From: Callorhinchus milii | Lineage: Eukaryota | Direction: 5' to 3' | DNA: 64,000 nt | Assembly (NCBI RefSeq): GCF_018977255.1 | Contig: NW_024704755.1 | Location: 10,788,001 to 10,852,000 of the forward strand | Part shown: positions 27,628 through 40,505 of the stretch, one piece after another | Position numbering within the stretch: position 1 is the stretch's first letter | How the letters are laid out: every line of letters begins with the position of its first letter | The notes under the pieces: model-generated | The model's database searches: none | What the model saw: the letters and a program-made list of their open reading frames with translations, nothing else | What the model was told of the DNA's origin: nothing | Position numbers and translations under genes: made by a program

Positions 27628-27845
27628 GTAATAATAAAGAATCCTTGCATTTGATATAGCACCTTATCACATCTTCGAGATGTCTCAAAGTGCTTCATAT
27701 ATTTTGTGGGTGAAATACGGCAGCCAACTGAGCACAGCAGTGTCCCACAAATAGTCATGGATTGAGTGACCAAATTATTATTTATTTTTTCGATGGATTA
27801 TCCCTGGAAAAGCAATCCGACAGTCGACTAGCAAGCGGGACCTGC
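27628..27845 (-). mobile_element. SINE fragment
   Basis: aatccttgcatttgatatagcacc...gtcccacaaatagtcatggattgagtgaccaaattattatt...aaagcaatccg. Confidence 0.8.
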
Positions 27846-27852
27846 TCTCCCC

Positions 27853-28016
27853 ACACACACAGGTAAAACCTACTCCTATAATGGCAACGATTTCAGTTTT
27901 AAGCTAAAGTCACAAACCAATGTTTCTCATTGTTTCAAAGCTGTCACTTAACTCAATGGCCTGTTCCTTTGCCCCAGTCGCCAGCTAGGTGGCTTGTATT
28001 GGCATGTCTTCATAGA
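27853..28016 (+). repeat. Direct repeat copy 1 (about 160 bp; partner 29073-29231)
   Basis: gtaaaacctact...gatttcagttttaagctaaagtcaca...tcttcataga recurs 1.2 kb downstream at roughly 90% identity. Confidence 0.9.
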
Positions 28017-29072
28017 GTCAGTGGTCCAACGGAGTTTGTAATTAGGTTAATGTACAGCACCAGTGCACTCATTATACTGAGCACTCGGAAGACTGCCCTG
28101 AAAGAAAGCACGAGTGTGGGGTATTGTGAGAACCTGGTGGCACGGCCAGCCAAGGGATTGGAGGCTCAGCAGGTCCCAATGTCGGTACTGATTTAATATA
28201 GCACTCATTTTAAATGTAGGAACCGGAAAAGGATCATGTAGTGAGTAGATTGAATGCTATTTTTGAAATTCAGAGCCTGCAAATTATTTGTGCAGAACAT
28301 TGTATCCATCAGAATATGATATCATTCTTGTACGTTTTATTTCGTCTTTATAGAAGCAGAGATTGTGGCTTAATACATAAGTCTCAACAACTTCTTTTGC
28401 CCAGTTCAGTTGCATGCTGACCAACAGAAATTATTTATGATTTAGCCTTACTTAAATAATCTATAAGGCTAGTTTGTGATGATATTTGTTGCGTATGCTG
28501 GGAGTTGTAGTTTGATCGTAGACAAATTCCAGTAGACGCGGGATCAGATTCCAACTCTCAGCATGCACAGCAAGACGTCCTGCCAACCAGAGAAGAGGCC
28601 AGTCTCAGAAATTCACGTTCCCTAGGTAACCGTCCTTTGCTGTCAGACCATCACTAACAGAGCAGTCTATAGAGGTTTATTAATTGATTCGAATTGTTGC
28701 AATTTAATTTAAATTTTACTCAACCAAATTACTAAAAAAAAAGGTTTCTCCAATCTTATGCAAACTAATACATACACATTCTTCGCCCATGGAAAGCTAT
28801 ATACAAATGTTAAACGACAAAAAATATATGGCAGGAAGCTCAGTAGCTTTGGTTGAGAAGGAGAAAACTGTCCAAACTTAAATGGACAATGTAACAGATG
28901 AATTCCAGTTCTCAGTAGCTTAGGAGGTAGCAAAGTACTAAAGCTGCACTCCAAAAGTTTGATTACTCCTCCACTCCAAAGTTTAACGCCACAATTGTGG
29001 TTGGCACACTTAAACGTACGCAATAACAAGAGTACTTAATACTTCATCAAGTATGTTAGACGACACCTAACT

Positions 29073-29231
29073 ACACACACATGTAAAACCTACTAATGGC
29101 AATGATTTCAGTTTTAAGCTAAAGTCACATACCAATGTTTCTCATTGTATCAAAGCTGTCACTTAACTCAATGGTCTGCTCCTTTGCCCTAGTCGTCAGC
29201 TAGATGGCTTGTATTGGCAAGTCTTCATAGA
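29073..29231 (+). repeat. Direct repeat copy 2
   Basis: Matches 27853-28016 with about 10 substitutions and one short indel. Confidence 0.9.
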
Positions 29232-29580
29232 CTTTCCTGCCTCCACCCTCAACAGTTGTTCTGACAGACATCAAGTCCTGAATGAGCCTTCATTTTCTCT
29301 AACTCAAAACTCGACAAATCTGAAGCAATCCTGCTCCACAACATTTTGTTACGCCACTAGCCACTCTCTCCAGTCTTGACCACTCTGGCCTGATTCATGC
29401 CCCTTGCCCACTCCATCTCACAAACAGAGGTAAGCTTTCAGCCAATTTGACATTGCCTTCTGAGATCCCCCTCTCCACCTCGTTCCTAGCTTCTCTGCTT
29501 TGAAAACCCAATTAAACACCTATCTCTTTGACCTGGCCTTCAGCTTCCACCCCCATCCTCCACTCCCCATCTCAAGTTCC
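29232..29580 (+). mobile_element. Degraded L2 fragment(s)
   Basis: gacatcaagtcctgaatgagccttcattttctctaactcaaa (DIKSWM..FL.LN-like) and ttaaacacctatctctttgacctggccttc (LKT.LFD.AF-like). Confidence 0.6.
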
Positions 29581-32500
29581 CACTCCCGGAGTGACTTAAC
29601 TAGAATGGTGCTAGTGGGGCAGTTGCGCTAGGGCCCACAAGGCTATGGTGGCCCAACTCATTGACGGGGAATGTTATCAGGGTGGAAACATCCCGCCCCC
29701 CCATCTTTGAGCCATTTCAGAAATGCTTACCTGTCTCCTGGACTCAAAGTGGTACGATGTACGAACAGTTTTTTTTTCAATTCAGAGGCTCCCCTACTCC
29801 TCTTCCGATGACTTCCTGCATTTCACTTTATGATGTGGCTACATCAACCCAGGGAGAGAACATGACTCAATCCCCATTTTGATGTAACAGCATCAAGCAT
29901 GCGCTTTGCCAGGGAGGGAGAGAACAGAACACGAGGAGACGGAGTGGGAGAAACAGTTCCTATTTTCTTATTTTCCAAGTTGGTAAAGATAAGCAAAATT
30001 TTAGATTTCAGAATTGGAAAGGAGCCCCTAACTTGCTCTTACACCAGGGCCCCTTGGGGCCTTGTTACCCCACTGCCACTCTGCCTCTGAAAACTGCTTT
30101 TTTTTTTAGACATTCTCCAAATGTGAAGGGCACTATATATATGCAAATGGTTGTTCTTGTAGAAAAAGCACAATTCCAGTGTTGGGGTATTTTTTTAAAG
30201 TGCTCTTTCAAGGTACAATACCAATTCTAATAAAGTACATGGAAGCATTTATGTCTTTCAAAACATATATTGACTTAAAATTCGAATCATCATATTTTGT
30301 GGATTGTGCGGATTTTTTTCTTTGCATTTTCAGCCCCTCATCCCTCCGACAAGTCATCTTTTTGAGCAACGTGCAGCATGAAAGAAATATTTTATTCCAT
30401 AAACGTAAATCATTAAAAGGTGTGCACTGATCTCAAAATGACTTTTGGCAACACCTCACAGAACAAACAGCCCCTGCATTAATATTAAAGCTGTTTTATG
30501 TGTATATGATATAAACGCTGAAGTAAAAAAACATGAGAGAGCAGGGCTATCTATCACTTACAGTAGGCCCATTTGCAGTCGTCGCATTGAGATAGGGTAC
30601 TGAATTTTCTAATGATCTGTTCATAAGCAGCAGCATTTCATGACCCAGCAGTGAAGAATGGAAAGCCTCCTGCTATGAGCTGAATGGAACCCTTTAGTTG
30701 GCTTCTTGAAGAGCTCATTTTCGCATTACTCAGGCTTCATTATGCTGAATCAATATTCGTTTAGTCACTGAGGTTATTGACATATCTTAAAATAAAAGTA
30801 TACCCTTCAGCTATTGCACTCATTACAGGTAATTTGTCTTGTCAGGGAGCAGGGAATATTATCGCAGTCTTTCGAGGACTGACAGCCCATGGAAATACCT
30901 CCCCATAGTTACAACTGTAAATAATTTTGGGGTAAAATATTGAAAAATCAATGACTGTTTCCTGCAATCTGTCACAAATAAATCAATCATAATCTGCACA
31001 GTCAGGGAGTGTGATATAGGGAGGGAAGGGAGCAAATGCAATCTTCCAGTGAAATCTCTCATTTCAAAATCACTTCACATAATGGTGTCATCATTTAAAC
31101 ACTTAACAGTCATTGCAACTGCCGCTCACAGCGTGGAATGGGAAAACCATGAGAAGGAGAAAAGCCATCACTGTTGTATAAACAAACATTTAATTTAAAT
31201 GGCTTTTGCATTAGCTGGTTGTATAAGTGAGGCCAACTACCTGTCAATATTACATAGCAGTTTTTCTGCTAATCAATTATGTATGGCTCACATGAAGCAC
31301 ATGAACAATTTCACTGCAAATTAGCTCCTGTAGGAACTTAAAGACTTTGATATTCATAGGTTCTATAAAAGCAAAAATTCTACTTAACTGTTTTTGGTAG
31401 ATACTATGAATATTGTTATTGCCTTACTCTTCTTCACAAAATAAAAATATCTGTAGTGAATATGTGGCATATCAATTTAATCTGATAAGTAATGAATATA
31501 TGAATTCACAATAGCATTCTATAGAGTCATATGTATCTGAGCTGTATAATAATCCAGTTCATTGTGGAAAAAAAAGCACAGATGACTTGTCTTTCACCTC
31601 AAGTCACAGGTTTCAATACCCATAGGAGGAAGATGATGAAAAAACCTCTGTCTGTTGCCGGAGGCCAAATGTATTGGACTGGCGACTATTATGCAGCTAC
31701 TTAGAGGACTAAAGGTTTTGTGAACAACATGGAACAAAACATTGACAGATACTGCACAGTGCACATACTCAACTCTGCCATGGATTATGGATGTTTCCCT
31801 GGNTTTTTTTTGCTTTTTTTCCCCCAAATGATATTTGTCTCTTATGTTCCCTGCTTTCCCACATTTACATATTGCCTTTATATAGTCCGAAAAGGCAAAG
31901 TAAAATGTATATAAATGGTGTAGATAAACAAAACTCAGCTATAGCTGCTTCAGAAACTGACTAGAAAGTACATTTCACCCATGAGTAAAATATATGATGT
32001 ATGTTCACACTTAGTATTTCAGCGTTTTTCCAAATAATTGTACTAGCCATTTCTTTACAAATAAAATAACTGTTCTATGTTAACTTTTCTTGTGATTACA
32101 AATGCCTTGCAAACTGTATGAACTCTTTAATCATTAACAAAGTACTATAAAGGTACTATAAATTTATATAAGTATAATTCATGGCAACCTGTGCAATACT
32201 ACTTTAACTTCTACATAAGTGATTTTCACTGAAGAATCTCAAGTAACATAAAGCAGCATAATTGGAAATAAAGTTGGTAATTATGCCTGCTGTGAATTTT
32301 TATGTATAAACTTTTAATCACGTAAGAGGGAAGAAAAAGTTAATTTTTGAAGGGTGCTTTCCATTCTAGACAGAGCCTTTACTAATTGTGGAAATCATCT
32401 CATTTGCTTCAGTCTTATGCTGGAGGTCTCATCTGGGAGAGAATCATGCATCCAGGGAGGTGTTGGAGTTCAAAAGACAGGGGGAAGGGAAGCAGCAGTT

Positions 32501-32607
32501 AACTTCTGATATGGAAGTTTAATTGTTTTGGGTGGAAATAGTTTCTGGAGTGCTGGTTTCGACTTGCTAAATATTTAAATATACAAACAATATAATTTGG
32601 GGGTACA

Positions 32608-32900
32608 GGGTGGCAGAGTAGGATAACGCTTATTACTTCTAACAGGTGAGTTCAAAACCGGGCCCAAACAATGTGCTAAAAGTTGTATCGGTTCACTGGC
32701 TCTAAACATGCAATGTGAAATTGTTTGTCTCAACTGTTTCTAATAATCACAGCACACTGTGAGAGAAACCATAAGAATAACTGGTGTGGGAATGAAAGGT
32801 CACCCTGATATAAGTTAGAGGTTTTCTGCTGTGGGTGCAACTAACATACATTGCTGGGTGTTAAGCAAGAACAGAATATAACAAGCCTCACAGCATAGCT
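32608..32900 (+). mobile_element. Ancient tRNA-derived SINE relic, LF-SINE-like
   Basis: tggcagagtagg (A-box-like), gagttcaaaaccgggccca (B-box-like), then aaagttgt...atgtgaaat...gtctca, in the same order as the LF-SINE 5' half as I recall it. Highly diverged. Confidence 0.4.
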
Positions 32901-33069
32901 TAGAAAAGAGCAAACTGTACGCTGCAACTAGATGTGCGATAACGCACATAGGCTAGCACCGACATATTTCACCTTAATGAACACAAAACATCTTAAAATC
33001 AGAGCAATAACAGCAGGCTTTTAAGCGGGATAGCAGGATCTTCATTGTTAATACAGCAACATGTTTCAG

Positions 33070-33470
33070 AACTGGAGATCAGGCTTCTGCCTAGTAATGT
33101 GGAAGCGCTACTTCACACAGAGGGTGGTGGACATTTGGAGCAGGCTCCCAAATGAAGCTATCTATGCAAGAGTGCGTTAGACAGATTATTCAGGGAAGAG
33201 CGGATCGGCATATATAGACAGGGAGCCTGAATGTGCAGTAACAGTGGTGTGACAGAATACAGCATTGATTAAATAAACTCTTGTGTTGCTAGGGTCTCAG
33301 GCCTCCCTTAAAGAGTTTGCTCACCTATCTTCAGGATTCGTGGAGAAATTTTCCAGAATAACTCCCCACCGCATATCAGCCTTGGGATTTCTTGGTTTTC
33401 TCTTTATATCTTTTTCTGGAAAGGTGGGGTGGGCGAGGAAGAGATGACACCCGGGTGACCAATAAACAAT
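33070..33470 (+). mobile_element. CR1-type LINE 3' relic
   Basis: tacttcacacagagggtggtggacatttggagcaggctccca encodes YFTQRVVDIWSRLP, matching the CR1 ORF2 C-terminal motif FF..RVV..WN.LP. Confidence 0.7.
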
Positions 33471-36400
33471 AAAGATAGTCCAAGTATTGGGTGGGAAGTC
33501 GAATGGAAAAGTTCTCCTAAACTTTTCTGCTGTTTCCTTTCTACGTGACTATGTAATTAGAATGCACATCTTCAACTTGTTAATGAACAAATCAGATAAT
33601 ATTGTGTTTGGACAAGTGCCTTATGTTTGAAGTAAACTGATCAGAAATGTATGTCATAATTTGAAGATTCCACAATTATTTGAAAGCTTGTAGTATACTA
33701 AAACAATTAGAAAAAAGTGATTATAAAAGGTGAGTTGATATTGTGCAAACCTTTGCAATTTTTCGATACACTTTGCAAATTTTGCAATAAAATAAATGAG
33801 ACATATGGCCCACCAAAAGTGCAATTGCTTCCCAGCAGTTAGCACACTATAATGGCACTTTTCCAATAGCTACTTTTCTTTCACTTAAACTAATAAAAAA
33901 AACTTTTGGAGTCTAATCCCATGAGTCAATGTAAGTCAGAAAAGCACTTTACTTAATTAAAAATTTTAAGTCATTAGCAGACTTACTTTCAGCCTGTAAT
34001 AATATTCAAGATGCAAGGATTTCAAGCTTATTATATATTGTAGCAATTATTAATTGGCACCTTGAATTCCATGTATAATTAAAAAAAATTCAATAACGAC
34101 TAGACTCACTTTGCTGATGAAACAGTACATAGATTTTTTTTCCCGTTTCATCAGCAACACTAAGTTTACAGCACTACCCAATCTGGTTACAATATAAAAA
34201 TAAAACAGATGTTGGATTTGATAAACTGAATATTTAAAATGTGTGAACAAAATGTCATTGAAAACACTTATAAATAATTGGAATGAACAAAGTTAGTCAG
34301 TGTAACTTACCAAATAAATGAGAACCAAATCATATGAATATTAATTATTTTTTAAAATAATATTTTGCCAGGTTTCCTCTCAATCCTTACAAATTAAATA
34401 ACATATTACTATTAATGTGAAATAGTGTCAAAGCCACAGGTTGGGTGAACATTGTAAATGTATTCTTCCATCCCAAATGTAAACCTTTCATTTGATCATG
34501 GCTTTTAAAACAGATTGTGACATTTCAATGAACTCGCATAAAACAGCGACATATGTAACAGCCTTTTTGAGACTTTCTCTGATGAAGATCCCCTGTTAAA
34601 CAAACAAGATTGCTCGTCTCATGGTATTAACAAATGGCACACACGTAGAGATAGCACATCTTTAATTCTCCATCACTGCCTCGGAGTGACCATTTTAAAA
34701 CAATAGTCAGGTACAAAACCTTAATGGTTGCCTACAATTTCAAATCAACCAGGTACGAGATTCTGACGTAGACATATTCTAAGTAGAATTTTTTTTTCCT
34801 TCAGCTTCCAAAAATCGTATTCAATATCGTTTACTATGAATGCACCTGTTGCGCTAAGATGATCACCCAAGAATGTCAAAATATATGTTATCCCCACAAA
34901 TATCAGTGCGATATGACAAGCCTCAGTTTATTCCACAAGAATGACACACACGTTTTCCTAGTCTGCTCTGTATGTATAAGAATAATACTTGCATTTGATA
35001 CAGTGTCATATCAGGTCAAGATGTGTAGGTGTTGACAGTCAACCCCACCAACACTGTGCCTCAGCATCAGGCACTGTCAAGCGCTCTGACATGCTACCCT
35101 GCATAAAGGCACTATATAACAAGATATATAAATACAAGTTGTTGTTATCGTCTCATAAAGCTTTACACGATATACCGCAGAAGTGGTACAACTGTATTTG
35201 TATCCGAAAGTACAATTCTCACATCATATAGATAGGTTATGCTATTTATACTATGATTTTGTTCCTATTAACATTTTTCATGCTTTTTCATTTCTTTTGC
35301 ATATAATTTGCGTTGATAACTGTATTGATAGTGTTTTAAAGTAACTGTTGAAACAAGGCAATTGCCCATTGAAGACTATGCTACCAGTTAGTAATAGTAA
35401 TCCTTGCATTACCAGTTAGTGTTTTGACATCTAGCCCCCTCAAGTCTCCATTGGATCACCACAGACCTGACTGGTTTTGTCAAGTGTCTCTCCTTAAGGC
35501 CAGTTGAATCCAAGGAAAATTCTGCTTACCTCACTTCTCCCACCAGATATTTTAAACCTTGCACTCATTTTATCATCCTAGAAAGGGTGAAAGGGTGAGT
35601 TACAGTATATTCAAACCAAGAAACTTCCAGCTCAACTTCGTTACCTGGGTTATGTAATATGATCAATTTGGTAGAATTGGACTGTCTTCAGTACCAGCTG
35701 AACAAACAAAGCAGGGAGCAGGTCAATTCCCATCTCAAAAAGAAGACATGGAGAAAAAAAGGTTGTGCTGAAGAGATCAAAGAGTTCCATGTAAAAAAAA
35801 TCATCATCATCATCAAAGGTACACGATCCCTGAGGGAGGGTTCGGGGGACTGTGAATTGATATGGACCAAGCTCATCCGGAGACATTGTCATTTTTATGA
35901 ATTTCTAAATGAAATTTACATTAGTCAGTGACCTGGTCCGTAAGAAGATTACAATTGGTTTGATGTTTTCGTGAATAGGCCTGAACTCATTGCGTTCGGA
36001 CCTCAATTTCTTGTTAATCAATCATTGGTTTCTGGGAATCTAACTGGAGTGACACTGTAATTTTCAAGACCGAGTTGTACCCTACTTTTTAAATAAAAAT
36101 GTTATCTCCATTTTTCCAAATTGTGTTTACTATTTTCGTTACTAAGATTAAGGTAATTCATATTTTGAAGGGGAGAATAAGAAGTATAAAGAAAAGTATT
36201 ATTAATGGGACCAAAACGTTGAAGTCCTCAGTTCTACAAAATATGTATAACTAGGTGTCTTCCATGATGTATATAGAGTTTTAATATGCTTGTATCATTA
36301 GAAAGCTAAAAAACAGCCTACAAATATTTTGTAACTCCAAAATAAAATGACAAAAAGAACACAGGACAATATAAAAATCTTTATAAATATAGATGTCTTT

Positions 36401-37164
36401 ATTTGTGAATTGTAAATTTTAAACAGTGCTTAACGTCTTCACTATTACAATATGTAGCATAAAACATCCTAAACTATTAAAAATGGATAAAAGACCATTT
36501 TTAGCACTGATAGCACTGGTTCTCAAGTCTTGTGAAACCCAACCAATGAAATTGTTGAAGTCATGCACTCAGATTTTAATGGATGGAGAGAAACATTCCC
36601 TGCATATTCCGGGAATTTAAGAGACATAATTCCACGTCATGGATATTTTTGTTAAAATAAATTCACAAACAGAATGGGGATTTGGCTAAACATGAACACA
36701 CTTCAAATTTTTTTTAAAAAACTTTCTTCCAACAATACGTTCAAAGAGTTACAGCCAATATCTCTGCCTTCATGACATACTCCGACATTTGTTCATGCTG
36801 TTAATTAATATAATCACGAACACCTGTTTAGATATTCTACATCTAACCACCGTTATCAATCATAATCCATTTTATATTTAAATATACAGTAAATGATATG
36901 ACAATAATAATCTTGCTTCTACATAATAATGTCAATACATTTAAACAGGTTGTAAAGCAAACTAAGCTGGAAGATTTTCAACCAAAACTGTGAACTGAAA
37001 TTAATATAATTAAAAAACACTCAATGCTCTAATATTAATTGAAATGCAACATGGAGTTTTTGATTGAGTCACATAACAGCCCACCAAAATGTATTTTTGT
37101 AAATACTGTTAAGAGTATATACATGAATCTTACACCCACAAATAGACATAAGCCAAAAATATTA

Positions 37165-37398
37165 CAAGAACATAAGAATTTGCGAGGCGAAAGAAGACCA
37201 AGGTCCACCTAGTCGCCTTCCACTAACCTGGAAGTCGCTTGACATGTTGTGTCCCAAACTATATACAATAACTTGTATTTATTTAGTGCCCTTCATGTTA
37301 GGTAGCGTCTTGGAGCACTTAAACTGTATCCCAAGATATTATTTTCCAGCAGAAATCTATCTAATTTGTTCTTGAAACAAACGACATTTCTGCTTCCA
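37165..37398 (-). mobile_element. CR1-type LINE 3' end
   Basis: The minus strand reads CFKNKLDRFLLENNILGY, then a 3' UTR ending ggaccttggtcttctttcgcc...attcttatgttcttgt. Confidence 0.65.
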
Positions 37399-38324
37399 TT
37401 ATTATTATTATTATTATTATCGTATATATAATAATAACTTTTTACATTTTGATAATTGGATTTGTTCCAAAACCTGAAATAAATGACTGGATCTGAAAAG
37501 ATCAAAGAATCGCAGATTTGATCAAAGAACTAGAGTAAATACAGCTAATCCAAGAAGAGTTTTCACTATTCTTGATGAGTCGTTCATTTAATCCATTGAT
37601 CTTTTATAGCCAAAATGCATTTACAAAATGTTTGTGGAACTAATCTTTGACAATGAATCAGTGCGATAAAGTTAGGATAAAATTAAATAAATGTCAGACA
37701 AGTTAAGATGAAGTATATTTAGCATGATGGATATCCTATAGTGATTACAAGGTAGTAATCCCATTAACAGGTTTAGATGATGTCATAACCACAAGAGTGG
37801 AGCTCAAGCATTTGACAACCGTCATTTGAACCCCGCAACAAGATTACAACCTTGAAGTCATTTCCATGCATCTATTAGTTTAAAGTTGAATTTCACAAGA
37901 TAAAGGGGTGCCTTAGTTCTATTTTTTTCGTCACAGTGGATATTACAGCAGATAGCAAGGCCCATAGCATTTCACATAGTTTGATGATGGTTACACTGTT
38001 GTGATAATACCACTACCAGTTTATTGAGTGATAACCAAAAATTAATCACTGCAATATATGCTTAATGGACTTGTTCATTTAAGGTTTTGATGGAAAAATA
38101 TCATCAAGCTCACATTTTTCTACTTAAATACTGTTTACTGAAATGTAGCTGTTAATTTATGTTTCATTCATTTCAATGGCACATTTAAATTTTCAACATA
38201 ATTTACAAATATTTAATCATTAAATGCCTTCTGCTAAACCCATCTTCTCAATTTAAATCTCATAAATTGCAAACATTAATTATTTTCTTAATACCAACAA
38301 TTTCCTGTGTTGACATTCAGTGCA

Positions 38325-38612
38325 TAACTGGAGAATTGCAATGTTGGAGGTGCCATCCCTCAGATCATACATTAAACTGTACCAGCCTGTTCAGGTGGAT
38401 GCTAAAGAACTCACTGCACTATTCAAAAAGAGGGATTCTTCTTGTGTCCTGGGCAATAATCCTTCAAAGAAAGTGGTCACTCACTTCCTGGCTGTTTGTA
38501 GAACCTTTTGTATGCAAACTGTCTGTTGTATTTGCTTAAACATACACAATCACTGCTTTGGATAGCAGTTACCTGTACAGCACTTTGAGAAACTGGGATT
38601 TTACCAGCACTA
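38325..38612 (+). mobile_element. Deu-domain SINE relic
   Basis: ggaggtgccatccctcagatcatacattaaac...gcctgttcaggtggatgctaaagaac...gcactattcaaaaagaggga...gcactatatcaaatgcaa, homologous to 25470-25778. Confidence 0.7.
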
Positions 38613-40132
38613 TATCAAATGCAATGGTTATTGTTTGGATAATTATTATTGCCTTAGGGAATAAGGGGAAAATCTACTCAACCCTAGAAAAGCTTTGACC
38701 ACGGACTTTTGTACTTTTCCTGAAGATTTGATCTTTTGGATACTTTTAGTTAGAGTAATGCAGGTTCATATCCTTTATATAGTGGTTTGTATGGCTATCT
38801 GTAATGAGTATGTGGACCACTTGGGGCTAATTAATATCCTATAGCCAGTAGGGGCTACTTGTAATCGATAGGCAGCTCATTGAGATAAAGGCATTCTTTC
38901 TGTCTAATAGTGTCTACTATAGCTGTGATTTGAGGTCAGATTTGGGTTTTAAAAATATGAACTGGTTCCACCCTTACCCTTCTGCACCAGTCAGTGGTAT
39001 TAACTGTACCTATAATTTGTCATTTCTCTAGTTAGGATGTCCAGTTACTAATTTTGACATGTAACTGAGAGGTAGGAACCCTGAAAGAAGCATTGAATAT
39101 CAAAGTCTATGTACTTAGATTGTCTGCAAAAGAGCAATATGTGAACTGTTTCCCAAGGAAGCCATTTTTTCACCCATCACTACACAAACATACCCACAAA
39201 CAGATCCATCTCCAGCTAAACCACACATGTACAAATTATATAGGAAGTAGAAGAGACATCCTTAAAGAGTTGTTTTCAATCCCAACAAAAATATGGATGA
39301 CAACTCATTCCATTAAACCCTTAGTTAGTTCAAAATGTAGTGTTGTAGTACCAAACTTGGACAATTCATAAAAGTTATGAAAAATATTGTAACTGTCTCT
39401 TTGACCTTTAGTTTTCTATTATGTGCTGTAAATTATATGTAATTATCTATTTTCTGACTGACAAACAGGAAACAGAAGTCATAATTTGGGAAGAGATTTA
39501 GGCTGTTACTGCAGTACCCAAAACCACAACTCTTTAATCAAACTATACAAGCTGTTATTTCAAAATTATAAAGAACTCTGAAAACGTAAAATCACTACTG
39601 TACAACAAAATATTCTTCCAAACAGAATTTTGGTTATTGTTCTTAAGAAAAGCAAAATTACAGTTTCATCATTCCAGAGTTACCAATAATAATGCAAAAA
39701 GATTTTTAAAAATGTAGTAATTAAGATTTCAATAGGTACTGTATTTACAAAGTTGATTAATTATTTTTTGTAAATCAAGTATGTCTTTAGAGATGTGTTT
39801 TTGATTCCTGAAAGAGTCTCTAATCACTTTGTGATGGAATTTATTCCAAATTATAACTTAATAGTTGTTTGCATTTAAATATGAATCCTTAAAATACTGT
39901 AAGTATTGGTAACACTATAATATTGTATACTGTAAATGCTTCCAGTACTGTGTAATGTAACAATGATGTTCAAATGCTAGGAAACCTCAATAACAAAGTT
40001 TATCCTCAAAAGTCAAAATAGGATGTTGACATGTTGGGAGTACATCTTTAAATAAAAACACATAAAATAAATATCAATGTAGCAAAAACACTATTCTCAT
40101 TGATCAACTTATAAAGTTTATATTGCAACAGA

Positions 40133-40194
40133 ATGTTTATTTACATTTGTTTATGCTTATTTACATTTGTTTATGTTTATTTACATTTGTTTAC
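40133..40194. repeat. Three tandem copies of a 20 bp unit ATGTTTATTTACATTTGTTT
   Basis: Read directly from the sequence; copy 2 has one substitution. Confidence 0.9.
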
Positions 40195-40443
40195 CAAAGC
40201 TATACTGTATTTTCAAAACAAATTATACCATGAAGGAAATAGACAAATATGGGGTCACAAATCCACTGCAGCAGCTGTTTTTGGTGACCTATAAATAACA
40301 TACATTTTAGTTTTAGAGGGATGCTAATAATTTTTTTCAAGGCTGTAGGTTAGCTATTCACACAATACTGCAGACTTGTTAAAACAAAAATTATAATTTG
40401 ATAACTTGCTTATATTGAACATAAATTAACGGAACAGCCTTAC

Positions 40444-40505
40444 CTCTTCTTCTGTGATAAAACCAACTTTTGAAAGGATATCTTGGAACTGTTTTCGGTT
40501 TCTAT
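40444..40505 (-). CDS. Sowah-like gene, coding exon 2 (62 nt, phase 1 to 0)
   Basis: Acceptor cttatttttAG and donor GAG|GTAAGG. Joined to exon 1 it reads DRNRKQFQDILSKVGFITEEE, matching the Sowah pattern r.nR..Fk..vn.va.v..ee. Confidence 0.78.
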
